A DNA stretch of 63,628 bases, the filler included, from Octopus bimaculoides (lineage: Eukaryota): assembly GCF_001194135.2 (NCBI RefSeq). It is 10 parts of 7 records of this genome, joined end to end, with 100 filler letters (N's around TTAATTAATTAA, not from the genome) between each part and the next. Parts side by side here need not be neighbours in the genome. Positions count along the whole stretch, not along the records: positions 48,412 to 54,096 come from NC_068981.1; positions 54,197 to 60,435 come from NC_068989.1; positions 60,536 to 61,971 come from NC_068989.1; positions 62,072 to 63,628 come from NW_026432803.1; 6 more parts are not named here. One strand, given 5' to 3'. Of the stretch, positions 50,900-63,628 are shown piece after piece (position 1 is the first letter of the stretch; each line of letters starts with the position of its first letter). The notes below the pieces were generated by a model, which saw only the letters and a program-made list of their open reading frames with translations, did not search any database and was not told the origin of the DNA. The translations under genes were made by a program, and so were the position numbers.

Positions 50900-51640
50900 T
50901 ATTCTGTTTCATGTGTTATAATGGCTCTTTTCTGTTTTTTAATTAAATGCTTGGTCAACTGATGAGAAAATGTTGTTTTTATGTTTCCGATGTAACAGTC
51001 TGAGTACTGGAGCTTAAAACTTGCATATCTATACTGAAACTAGAATGTCACATTGGTTGTTTGAAATATGTTTTGTTCCTTGAAGGTTTGTAGTTTGATG
51101 TTAATAAGTTAGATTTTAAAAAGAAAATAATTCGTGTGAGTATTCTAACTATATTCTAATTTCATTGTTGTTAGTTATGACAGACGTCGTACGCGGTTCT
51201 GTTTATGCTTTTTAATTACTTATTTATCCATTCAGTTAGGGCTTCTTAAGTTCTTGAAACATACTTCATGTGTGTAAATTATGTGTATAGATTATGAGCT
51301 TTTACTGAATGTTGCATCTGCTTTACCTTAGTGGGTGCAATTGCTCTTGTATTATTCTAGAGCTGGGCTACCAACATGTCCAAATGTCTGACGTTAACTG
51401 ATGGATGTTAAACTCCTACGATTTCTTCATTAAAATCTTCTTTGCATCCATGTTTATATACTACTTTTGAATATTTTCGTGGTTGGAGTGCCGAAGGAGG
51501 TGGTATGGATTTATAAAAGTGCACTGTTATTTTCACATGCAATTATTCTTTGTTTGATCCAATGAATATATCAGCTAAGTAAGAATTTAATTTGCAAATA
51601 CCATTCGTTACTAATCATAGTGGTCGACAGTTGTCTAGTG
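50900..51640 (-). mobile_element. Heavily degenerate Penelope-like RT fragment (tentative)
   Basis: Scattered motifs such as LADIFIG and ..ATFS.. in minus frames, with many stops. Confidence 0.35.
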
Positions 51641-51914
51641 ACACGCTCTTTTCCGATAGGGCAAAGACCAAAGTCTTCACGCTTCGTGATTTTATTCTCT
51701 CAAGAGGTAAAGGGTGTGAATCAAACAAATACGTTATGTCTCAGTGTAAAGATACATAACTAGTGTGAAACCAAATAATACAAGTGATTTTGATTCAACA
51801 GCCCACTTCTGCAATTACTAACCGATAGATACATAAGCACACACACACACACACACGCGTATTTATACGTAAATAGACAGAATTGTTGGATATGAATATG
51901 TATGTATGTACGTG

Positions 51915-51951
<37 letters not shown>

Positions 51952-52625
51952 TGTGAGAGGATATTGCCAATAATTAACAGAAAGAGCAGCAATGAGGGAT
52001 GGGAAAATCATAGTCAGCCATCGTAATCTATATGGTAACGGCATTATAACGGATTTTGGCATTGCAAAACTTCGGTAATATTATGTTCCATAACGCCAGT
52101 GATAACTTACTTTTCGTTTCGAGCTAGGTTGATACAAAATATATACTATACAAAGTACATGAAAGCGGTGCTCCAAGCATTGAAATTCTGAATTCACAAA
52201 AAAAAAAAAAAAGCTGAAAAAGAAAAAAAACGCATACTAAGCGAAGGACTCAAGGCTGATAAACCCCTGTTAGCAGCACCTAAGACTTTAATCAAAATCA
52301 CAAATTAAAAATGAAAGCTCAGTACATACCCAAGATCGTACACACACATACACATGTATATATATGTATGTATATATATATATATATATATNNNNNNNNN
52401 NNNNNNNNNNNNNNNNNNNNNNNNNNNNNNNNNNNNNNNNNNNNNNNNNNNNNNNNNNNNNNNNNNNNNNNNNNNNNNNNNNNNNNNNNNNNNNNNNNNN
52501 NNNNNNNNNNNNNNNNNNNNNNNNNNNNNNNNNNNNNNNNNNNNNNNNNNNNNNNNNNNNNNNNNNNNNNNNNNNNNNNNNNNNNNNNNNNNNNTATATA
52601 TATATATATATATGTATATATATAA

Positions 52626-52717
52626 GGCGCGTGGCTTAGTGGTTAGGGCATTCGGCTCTCGATCGTGAGGTCGTGAATTCGATTCCCGGCGACGCGTTGT
52701 GTCCTTGAGCAAGACAC
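52626..52717 (+). mobile_element. SINE family C head
   Basis: A/B boxes followed by gttgtgtccttgagcaagacac. Confidence 0.8.
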
Positions 52718-54006
52718 AAACTCTCGCGCGCTCGTGTTTGTGTGCGTATCCAATGTCATTATTTATCCAACAAAGTTTATCAAACGTTTTATGCCATTAA
52801 ATTCTCGAGCACTTCTTTGAGTGCAAGCATAGTTCATCATCTAGCCATTCTTGTGAAGTTACCATAGCTTCCTGAATCCAACACAGGACAACCCTAAAAA
52901 GTGCATCAACTATGTTATGACTCTTCAGGCAACTGCGATTGATCCTATCATTCTGTCGTACATGCAATATTTCATACGTTTTCATGCATCTAACTCAGTG
53001 ATTCTTAACCTGGAAAGTAGCATCCCCTTATGAGGATGTTGAGTGCTCACTAAAAGGCAGCATATATCAAGGACAGGTATTCAAAAGTGCTGTGATCCTT
53101 CTTAGAAATAAAATATTTGATGGTGCAATACTCATATTTGAATAACATTTCGAAAAAAAAAAAAAGAAACCTTTGTCGAGATAAGAGTACAAGCAAGATA
53201 TTATGTTACCAGTGAAAAGAAGTGTCTTCAGTCTACGGAAATATCTAAAAGGGAGTACAAGCTGCAATTTGATAGCACTATAATAAAATACAAATCATAA
53301 ACAACAATACAAATTTAGCTACTGTATCGTTCATAATATTGTTTAAATGATTTTTCATTTTATTTTGCAAAGCGTGAAAAGGGACGTTCGTATACAATGA
53401 AAGACACGACTGAAGTTCAGAAGGTTGGGACCACCAATCTAAATTGACAAGGCTATTCAGACATTGATTTTCTCTTCTGTTTAAAAATTTTTTTTTTTTA
53501 TTTTTAATGATAAATATGGCACTACATTGATGCAAGAAAACTATGATCCTACTATTGTATACGCAGTACCGATAGATGCAGTCGATTGCAGCTGTCATAC
53601 ACATATAGTAATATATTGTATGTATGTATATGCACATACCTGTACATAAAAGAAAACATTTACGGTTCACTTTATTGATGTCTTACACATCTTTTAAATA
53701 AGTAGTTAAGTAGTTAATCGTCTTACACATACGCAATGGGCCAAGAGTACTGTCTCTCACAAACACACACGCAACCAAATGCACTCGTAAACAAACAAAC
53801 ACGCCCATACAACCTCCAAGACCTATGCACACAAGAAACCTAGTTATGGCTCACTGTATTGATCTATGCACTCTAAAGTTGATGTCTAGCTGTCTTTTCG
53901 CACGTTTTCGTTTGCATAAAACAACCGACTTGTACTCCTCCAGCGTAAAAGGTTATTCAGGTATTTCTTATATTTAGGATTTTATGTAGCGCTGTAAGAA
54001 TACTGA

Positions 54007-54096
<90 letters not shown>

Positions 54097-54196
54097 NNNN
54101 NNNNNNNNNNNNNNNNNNNNNNNNNNNNNNNNNNNNNNNNTTAATTAATTAANNNNNNNNNNNNNNNNNNNNNNNNNNNNNNNNNNNNNNNNNNNN

Positions 54197-54227
<31 letters not shown>

Positions 54228-54229
<2 letters not shown>

Positions 54230-54392
54230 TACGACAGGCTTCTTTCTGTTTCCGTCTACCAAATCCACTCACAAGGCTTTGGTCGGCCCGAGGCTATAGT
54301 AGAAGACACTTGCCCAAGGTGCCACGCAGTGGGACTGAACCCGGAACCATGTGGTTGGTAAGCAAGCTACTGACCACCCAGCCACTCCTGCG
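54228..54392 (-). mobile_element. SINE family A, 5' half
   Basis: Near-consensus reverse complement of 19667-19820. Confidence 0.85.
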
Positions 54393-54649
54393 TAGGCAGT
54401 ATTTTGTCTATTGATTGAGGTAAAACGAACTGTACTGTCTATCTGTTTTTCTGGTCCGTGAATGAAACTAAAAGAAAGTCACATACACTTACTTGTACCA
54501 TAGTGCATGGATCAACGTAACACCAAGATAAAAGCTAGGGCATTGCCAGTGGCACTAACTACTGTCTCCTTTGTGACACAATATAGGCGACTGGTGGGAA
54601 CCGAAATGATGAAGAACATTTACTGTCCTGGTACCAAAATTTGAAAAAA

Positions 54650-54860
54650 GGCAGCGAGCTGGTTAGCATGCCGTGCAAAATGCTTAGTGGCGTTTCGGCC
54701 GTCTTAACGGTCTGACTTCAAATTCCACCAAGGTCGACTTTGCCATTTATCCCTCTCGTGGGGGATAAAATAAGTACCGGTTGAACGCTGGGGTCGATGT
54801 AATCGACTCACTCACTTCCCTAAAATTACTGGCCTTGTGCCAAAATTTGAAACTAATATT
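54650..54860 (+). mobile_element. SINE family B
   Basis: gcgagctgg..agcatgccgtgcaaaatgcttag...gtcgactttgcc...ggccttgtgccaaaatttgaaac. Confidence 0.8.
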
Positions 54861-55538
54861 ATTGTTGTTGACAAAAACATTGTAGACGAAACACGACGAT
54901 ACAGTATGTAGTTACATAAAAGCAAGTGTAAAAAGGAGAAAGACGGATACAAAGAGATCAATTCCAAACAATGAATAATTCCCAAAAAGTGGGAGACACC
55001 CAGTGGCCACCTGTGGAGAGCCACGCGACCATGGTCACTCTGGCCATTAGGCGAGTGCTTTTCCCTGTAGTTCTACTTCAAACCACAGGCGCATGCCCAG
55101 AGCAGGTTCGTTCACTCGAATGTTGCTCGCCACTCATCCAACTTCCAACGAATTTTTTCGGATGCAGCACTTCGATCTCCACTCTCACGTTTTTTAATTT
55201 CAAAAGTGAGCTGTTGGTTGTTTTCTTAAGCCAAACTGTATATTGCATTTTGGTATTGTTGTAGTTTTGTGTTATGATTAGGGTTCTTGACCGCCCGCCA
55301 CACTTTTTGTAATGTCAGCTTGGTTGGTGAAAGGCATTGTTTGTATGAGAAAGTGCATGTCTTAGAAAGTCACCACAAATTGTTGTGGTCCCAGCATAGT
55401 TCCCTGAAGGTCTCTAAGAATTCATGTCTCCTCAGAAAGAGCAGCTCTGCAGTTGATTGCAACTGACCTCTACCTTTGAAGAAATTATATAGTCACTCCT
55501 TTAGTTTCCCTACTATAACAAGGTCACGCACTTTGTCT

Positions 55539-55570
<32 letters not shown>

Positions 55571-56153
55571 TTTTATATAGATTATAATAATACGTATATA
55601 ATATATGTACATATATAAACGTATATACATACGCACACACACACACATATACAAGCCTATGTAGATTTATATGAATACTTATACATATATGTTACCCTTA
55701 AATATACGCACACACACCTATACATCTAGCCATAAATACATACACACGCATGCATATCATATATATATATATATATGGTGAGAGAGAGAGAGCGTAATAG
55801 AGAGAGAGAGAGAAAGAGTGAAAGGGTGAGAGAGAGGGAAAACGAGAGCAAGGGAGAGTGAATGAAGGAGAAGGAGAAGGAACGAAAGAGGAAGAAGTGT
55901 TACTGGACTCTGCACCGAGTTTACATAATTGCTAACAAGGCGATCAGCTATTATCTTGCTACAATATAAATTTATCATGGACCCCAAGTACTGAATCAAT
56001 AGATTTAAGAATGTCTTCGTTGAATACAATCTGTTATTCAGCGTACAGTGTACCGAGAAAGTAAATAGCGGTGTGTGCGAATACTATTATACCCGTTGTA
56101 AGATAATAGTGCGTAGTAAAATTAGTGCATGGTATTATGTGTGCGTGTGTGTG

Positions 56154-56199
<46 letters not shown>

Positions 56200-57142
56200 N
56201 NNNNNNNNNNNNNNNNNNNNNNNNNNNNNNNNNNNNNNNNNNNNNNNNNNNNNNNNNNNNNNNNNNNNNNNNNNNNNNNNNNNNNNNNNNNNNNNNNNNN
56301 NNNNNNNNNNNNNNNNNNNNNNNNNNNNNNNNNNNNNNNNNNNNNNNNNNNNNNNNNNNNNNNNNNNNNNNNNNNNNNNNNNNNNNNNNNNNNNNNNNNN
56401 NNNNNNNNNNNNNNNNNNNNNNNNNNNNNNNNNNNNNNNNNNNNNNNNNNNNNNNNNNNNNNNNNNNNNNNNNNNNNNNNNNNNNNNNNNNNNNNNNNNN
56501 NNNNNNNNNNNNNNNNNNNNNNNNNNNNNNNNNNNNNNNNNNNNNNNNNNNNNNNNNNNNNNNNNNNNNNNNNNNNNNNNNNNNNNNNNNNNNNNNNNNN
56601 NNNNNNNNNNNNNNNNNNNNNNNNNNNNNNNNNNNNNNNNNNNNNNNNNNNNNNNNNNNNNNNNNNNNNNNNNNNNNNNNNNNNNNNNNNNNNNNNNNNN
56701 NNNNNNNNNNNNNNNNNNNNNNNNNNNNNNNNNNNNNNNNNNNNNNNNNNNNNNNNNNNNNNNNNNNNNNNNNNNNNNNNNNNNNNNNNNNNNNNNNNNN
56801 NNNNNNNNNNNNNNNNNNNNNNNNNNNNNNNNNNNNNNNNNNNNNNNNNNNNNNNNNNNNNNNNNNNNNNNNNNNNNNNNNNNNNNNNNNNNNNNNNNNN
56901 NNNNNNNNNNNNNNNNNNNNNNNNNNNNNNNNNNNNNNNNNNNNNNNNNNNNNNNNNNNNNNNNNNNNNNNNNNNNNNNNNNNNNNNNNNNNNNNNNNNN
57001 NNNNNNNNNNNNNNNNNNNNNNNNNNNNNNNNNNNNNNNNNNNNNNNNNNNNNNNNNNNNNNNNNNNNNNNNNNNNNNNNNNNNNNNNNNNNNNNNNNNN
57101 NNNNNNNNNNNNNNNNNNNNNNNNNNNNNNNNNNNNNNNNNN

Positions 57143-57181
<39 letters not shown>

Positions 57182-57828
57182 GTTTCCAACAAGTACCCTC
57201 ACACACAGACTTGTACGAAAATGCACACACGTCCTATTAGCAAACAGAAATCACGAAGCACTGGAAATTCTATTTACCAAAACTCTTCACTCAGTGGGAA
57301 TCTGAGAGAGTCGCTTCTTGCTATCTGAAAATTTATAAAACGTATTTGTGTGATAGTAAATATGTGCATTGTAGCAAAAATAATAATCAAGTATAGTTAC
57401 AATATACGGAAAATTATTGTCTTTTGAAATATAGATATTTACACGGATATATTTTGCATTGAATAGTCTTGAAACGAAAGGAAAAAAACCGGTTAACGGT
57501 TCCATATTTGCTAAAACAGTCAACAAAATGAAATTTTAGTAAATTAAAGAGGAATGATATCACAACAGATTGGCAGACGCTTTGTTGATATTAAAAACAG
57601 AACATTACGTATATTTCAAAATAGAGATATTTACATATTGTACATATTGTAATTTACTTTACATTGGATATTCTATAAAAAAAAAAAGCTTAATCTTTTC
57701 CCTACTAGTTGTAATAGTTTGCAAAATGAAATATCCAATTACAGAGCAATGATAATCCAACAATAACAAGCAGATAGAATTTAATTTGGTAATTCTTTTT
57801 ATTAATCTTTTACTCTTTTATTCTTTTA

Positions 57829-58016
57829 CTTGTTTCAGTCATTTGACTGCGGCCATGCTGGAGCACCGCCTTTAGTCGAGCAAATCGGCCCCGGGACTTA
57901 TTCTTTGTAATCCTAGTACTTATTCTATCGGTCTATTTTGCCGAATCGCTAAGTGACGGGGACATAAACACACCAGCATCGGTTGTCAAGCAATGCTAGG
58001 GGGACAAACGCACACA
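57829..58016 (-). mobile_element. SINE family A, 3' domain
   Basis: Reverse complement of the 19890-19983 tail plus the terminal gactgaaacaagt segment. Confidence 0.85.
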
Positions 58017-58996
58017 NNNNNNNNNNATTAGTACGTTTTCGAAACGATTTTCTTGGTTGTACTTATTTTCTACATGAATTTTCATATTACTTTATTTGTA
58101 GACCTGCTGCGTTTCACGAAGAACTTTGCGCATGAGAAAAAATGGTAGCAGGCAGGTATATGCTCCAAATTGAGAGACTGGTGGACTTTGCATTTGATTA
58201 CAAGCTCCTTACAATACCAAATAGGAATTTGGCGCATGTTTCATATAACGTGAAGATTGATATCACTGAATGTCAAACATAATCTTAGGATAAATACTTC
58301 CCCTCATTTCTTACTGTTAGTCAGTATGTGTCTATGAAGACAGAAATCAGGAAGAGATTTAAACGAAAATGTGTTTCATTAAGCAGTCCTTTCTCGAGTC
58401 AAGATTAACATTAGTTTTTGTTACAAAATATTTTCGCTTCAACGTATAGCGGTAGCCCTGGGGGTGTCAATGTATTTAAAATCCCAAATGGATAACTAGT
58501 TATTATGATCTCATTCGTGATATTAGTTACAATTAACACATCTATATACTATCATATTTCCAGTTAGTAGTGCAAAAATGTCATTGTTCAACTTCAAAAC
58601 ATTTTTACTTTTAGGAGTTAATATCTTTGATAAGACATCTTCATTTGATTCTTCTCTCGATACGTCTATTCAATTTCCAAATATATCTCTGGTTATACTG
58701 CATTGACTTGATATTAATTCAGGAGATATTTCTATAAGATTTTCTTCTAGTCCACATTAATTTAGCAGCGCACCGTTTCCAATGTCAAATTGCCGTTAAT
58801 TAAATTCTTCTTGCCCTGTGTTCCTGATATTTTCGCAAAAACTTAGAAATTCTATATTAGACTAAAGTCGGGGTGATTTAATAAGACATTAAAAAATGGC
58901 AATATTATGAACATTTGGTATCGTGAGAGCTGTTTGGCGAAAATCACCTCCGAACCGACTTTTTTTTACCACCGATGTGGTAAAAAAAGTATTAGA

Positions 58997-59075
58997 CACT
59001 TAGCTTGAATAGAGCGTTTTATACACATAGCTTGAATAGAGCGTTTTATACACTTAACTTGAATAGAGCGTTTTG
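58997..59075. repeat. 27-bp tandem repeat x3 (acttagcttgaatagagcgttttatac)
   Basis: Direct reading of three near-identical units. Confidence 0.9.
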
Positions 59076-59949
59076 CAATGACAGAATGCTAGTAGATTGC
59101 ATAGAAGCTTCATTTATGATGAGTAGTTGTATTTTCTAAGATACCCCAGAGAGTATTTTCATTGAGTGGCAGATGTTTCCTGTACAAAAATCTTAAAAAC
59201 TATATGCACTGTTCGTCCAACAATTAACAAAAAATACTTTAATGTTTGTTGTGACGTAGGAAAGAGTTTCCCCCACCATTTGTTTTATTAAGATAATGAA
59301 TTTTCGTATTATATCGATACGTTTTCCCGCAATCATCTGGATTATCTAAGAAGATAACTGTATGTTGTGCTGACGAGTTTTCAATTGAAAATATTTTCTG
59401 AAGTACTTATTGCGTTTCAGTTAAACTTTTAAAGTACCTGAAGAGATTCTGCAGAACACTTACGTCATCATTTTCATTGATATTATACAAAGACAGAATT
59501 TCCGAAGGTCACGACAACTTAATCTAAGTACTGACAAAATTGATTGTACAGCTCTCAAAGTGTTTTCAACAGCTACACCTCTCGACCTGTCTCCATCGTT
59601 TACTCTTCAATCACCGGAGAGAATTCTGCAGAATCGTTAGCTACATTCAAGACAAATCAAAACATAGATATTTTAGTTGTGAAGACAATTGTGCTACTGA
59701 CGCTTCTGTCATTCATCTCTGCCATTCATCTTTTCATTTTCGTGCAGGCTCCCTTCGTTATGCTGCTTCTTCATAAATATGATACTCTACATTGTCAACT
59801 GTTCGAAATTCATCGCAACTGTGAACTCCTGTAATGTGAATTAACAATATAGCTTGAGATGAAGATTTTCACTATCTATAGGGAATACACTCTTTAACTT
59901 TTTCCACTTCTAACTGATGTAGTTCCCACAGAGTGCATCTTTTTTTCCC

Positions 59950-60145
59950 CATGGTGTATATATTCCCCACCCGGATGGGATGCCGGTCCGTTGCAGGATT
60001 ACTAATTTTTGCCAGCTGAGCAACATGACTGGAGCAACATGAAATGAAGTGCTTTTCTCAAGAACACAACGCGTCGCCCAATCCAGGAATCGAAACCACA
60101 ATCTTACGACAAAAGTCCAGCATCCTAACCACTAAGTCAGTGCAT
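59950..60145 (-). mobile_element. SINE family C, 5' part
   Basis: Reverse-complement head (aaccactaag...ggaatcgaaacc) and ctcaagaacacaacgcgtcg. Confidence 0.75.
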
Positions 60146-61082
60146 TTAGGGGAAGTGTTAGTCGATACCAACGATCCTACTGGTATTTTATTTTATTAAA
60201 TCTGAAAGGCTGAAGAGTAAAGTTGAACTCGATGAAAGACACAATGAGCTGTTCGATCCTGGAATCGAACTTATGACATTATCGTGAACTCAGGGCCACA
60301 AATACTAGGCCATATATACTTGATCAGTATTTTTCTCTCGGTTATTTGTACATACATACTTACAGGCGTAAATATACATATATATATATACACATCTCTC
60401 TCTCTCTATCTCTCTCTCACTCTATCTATCTATCTNNNNNNNNNNNNNNNNNNNNNNNNNNNNNNNNNNNNNNNNNNNNTTAATTAATTAANNNNNNNNN
60501 NNNNNNNNNNNNNNNNNNNNNNNNNNNNNNNNNNNATATATATGTATGTATCAAACAATTATAAAGTATACGGAGACTGGTCATCATTAATTCTTCTTTT
60601 AAAATTTTACAGTTTGTCATTCAGCATAAATATTTGGTAACAATGACTGACACGTACTTCTGCTTCACAGAGTATATACAGTCGCCCATACAACCCGGCA
60701 TAATCTTCTGTTCACCTTCATTTAGGGTCATTCAGCAAGCGTGGTTCGCTTCGAATCACGCTGGCTGATGGAGTCTGAACTGTAGAAACTCTGAAACCAA
60801 CTAATTTTGTTGTATGACCAAGTGTAAAATTAAAAGAAAAAAATTAAGATGTTTCAGTCTCCGTATTCTTTATAATTGTTTGAAATTTACATTCCTGATA
60901 ATATTAATAATCCAGGGAAGCGAACCTGGAGTTACCCATCGGAAGAATTACAGCGGGATTACTAATACTTAGTGATCATTGACGCTTAGTACCACTTGAC
61001 GCGGTTAGCTGTAACCTGGAATATTCCGAAGAGCTACCACGGTGCCCACCTGGATAATTTTATCCATACACACTCAGATTAT

Positions 61083-61126
<44 letters not shown>

Positions 61127-61138
<12 letters not shown>

Positions 61139-61330
61139 GGAGAATGCACAAAAAAACAATAGACGAAGACAGGTGATGTAGAAAACAAACATGTATTAGT
61201 ATAACGCTCGGGAATTGAAAAAGTCTTTAACGTTTCGAGCCTACGCTCTTCCACAGAAAGAAACAAGGAGAGAAATAAGAAGAGAAAAAAATGTGTGTAG
61301 TGGTTAGCGATCTATCATGGCGAATATATA
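61127..61330 (-). mobile_element. Penelope-type terminal repeat with hammerhead-shaped motif
   Basis: Reverse-complement copy of ~20650-20850; the 36-nt motif at 61225-61260 is identical to 20712-20747. Confidence 0.65.
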
Positions 61331-61745
61331 TATATATATATATGGATTTAGTACGAGCCTTTATTCAGCAAGACGTACCAACGAACAATTAAGGAGAACA
61401 ACATGCCAAGGAAAACTCAGAGTATCTAGTGGGATATCTTTTTTTCACACCAAGAACCTAAAGTGACACAACCTGCACTGATTGATGCAACGCAACTAGA
61501 TGCAGAATAACTTACTCCTATGGGACAGCTGCAGGATGGGACGAAACGATCGTGGTGCCGAAGAAAGATTTCTAATAAAGCCATCTTCCGTTTTCTTCAT
61601 CAGTTGTAAACTCAACAAACACTGCGAGTTTCCTGGCGTTGATCCAGTGAAAATTATATCGTAACTGTAGATAACGTCAAGTAGTCCAAACGGTGAATGT
61701 GCTTTAATCGACATACTAATAGACATATACACAAAGGCCAAATAG

Positions 61746-61781
<36 letters not shown>

Positions 61782-61889
61782 GTAATGTCACCGTCTTATT
61801 TCTACAAACATTTGTCTTTTCATCTGTTTTTTATTTGGTTTTTCTACTCTGTTTTTCCAGCTTCTCTCTCTGTCTGTCTGTCTCGCACA

Positions 61890-61971
<82 letters not shown>

Positions 61972-62328
61972 NNNNNNNNNNNNNNNNNNNNNNNNNNNNN
62001 NNNNNNNNNNNNNNNTTAATTAATTAANNNNNNNNNNNNNNNNNNNNNNNNNNNNNNNNNNNNNNNNNNNNTGATGAAGGGAAATATTCTTTATGTTGCA
62101 TGTCTCGTCTCTCTGTTTTTTCGTTGTTCGAAAAAATGTTCGTTTTCTGTTTTCGTTTTTCGTTTCTCATTGTGTTTAACGTTTTTTTGTGATGCCCTGT
62201 ACCCATATATGCACGTATGTATACATATAGATGTAGGTATGTACATATATGTATGGATATATGCATATATTATATATATTTATATTATTATATGATCGAA
62301 CGCCACGCATCCTTCTCCAAGTAAGTTT

Positions 62329-62387
<59 letters not shown>

Positions 62388-62402
62388 ATTAAATATGACA
62401 TA

Positions 62403-62530
62403 TACGACGGGCTAATTTCAGTTTCCGTCTACCAAAGTTGGCGGCTATAGCAAAAGACACTTGCTCAAGGTGCCACGTAGTGGGACTCAATCCAGAACCA
62501 TGTGGTTGGGCACGCATCCGTGACTGCGCC
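62403..62530 (-). mobile_element. SINE family A, deleted 5' half
   Basis: acgacgggc...tttccgtctacc...cacttgctcaaggtgccacg. Confidence 0.7.
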
Positions 62531-63130
62531 CTATTCCATCTCTTCAACCCACTTTCTCTTTCTTTCTGTCTTCCTATCTATTTTTCTGGAAGAAATCGGC
62601 TGCGTTCTGACCAGTGGAAGGATGGGTTCCGCCAGGCCTAAAAATGACTAAGACACGCTGTGTGCCACAAAGGCACATCTAAGATTCCAGCAAGAGGAGA
62701 AGACCTAATCCAAAGCAAGGCAAAATAAACACCTGTCAAAAACAGAATACAGTTCTCCGAGAATCTGCAACCTCGTGCCTATATTACAATTCAGTGTTTA
62801 CAGCCGTACGGAATTAGTCTTGTTCTTTATATATTCCATGGCAAATATCTGAATTCTATCAAAGCATCTAAAAATAAAGAATATATTGAAGTGTATAACT
62901 TTATTTTCAGTTTTTGTTTTATCATGGTTAGACAATTTTAACAACTTCACAAACACAGCTTAAAGGCAATGTTAATTGAAATTTAAGAAATTAATGACAA
63001 CTAACAAGTTTTCATCATACATTTTCTCATGTTTCAGGCGAATTCCTTTGTTTTTAATCTTAGTCATTAATTTGATTTTCGAAACTGTGTGTATAAAAAT
63101 GATCTTATCATGTTTAGCAATCATATGTCT

Positions 63131-63162
<32 letters not shown>

Positions 63163-63419
63163 CGTACATACATACATACATACACACATACATACATAAA
63201 TACATACATACATATATATATATATATACATACGTACATACATACATACATACATACATAAATACATACATACATACATACAAACATACATATGTATACA
63301 CATATAATACACACACACGCATACATACAAACATATATGCGTGGGTCTGCGTGGGTCTGTGTGCGTATGTGTGTATGCATGTATGTACATATGCATATAC
63401 ATATGTGTGTAGTGTACAC

Positions 63420-63470
<51 letters not shown>

Positions 63471-63628
63471 ATGTATGCAAATAAATATACATAAATACAC
63501 ACATACATACACATATATGAATATATATGAATACACGTGTAACTTTATGTGGATCTTTGTGTATATGTGTATGGAAACACACACATACATACATATATGT
63601 ATATATGTGTGTGTGTGTGTGTGTGTGT

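Noticed and set aside
52797-52985. 62-aa minus ORF vaguely like a BACK/Kelch segment
   Set aside because: Too short and weak to support.
59544-59834. 96-aa ORF with a TM-like segment
   Set aside because: Hydrophobic runs are expected in T-rich DNA; no receptor motif or exon support.
62072-62100. tgatgaaggg at a gap edge as a hammerhead core
   Set aside because: No downstream GAAA or helix II closure, and the 5' side is in the gap.

Overview
AT-rich, microsatellite- and gap-riddled animal genomic DNA. The SINE families, the Penelope/Dong/HERO retroelements and the TTAATTAATTAA-spiked N gaps point to a coleoid cephalopod, probably an Octopus assembly (inference). Almost all ORFs in the supplied track are microsatellite or N artefacts. 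Protein-coding signal: (1) the last three exons of a WD40 gene matching WDR86 on + (19430-19565, 26226-26329, 32764-32850), which splice in frame; (2) three short symmetric phase-1 exons on - (4791-4868, 1695-1772, 809-871) that splice into an unrecognised repeat protein with units ending E-[MA]-[DE]-[TI]-P-E, probably antisense within a WDR86 intron; (3) an unexplained 166-aa ORF on - (35657-36157) with a possibly death-domain-like region. The rest is TE debris: three tRNA-derived SINE families (~25 copies), several Penelope-like elements with inversions, R4/Dong, HERO, CR1 and RTE LINE fragments, mariner relics, a Tc1-type MITE and Helitron-like pieces. Penelope-type terminal repeats carry five minimal hammerhead-shaped motifs, four with non-canonical catalytic cores. 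TE boundaries are approximate; family assignments rest on recalled motifs, not database searches.
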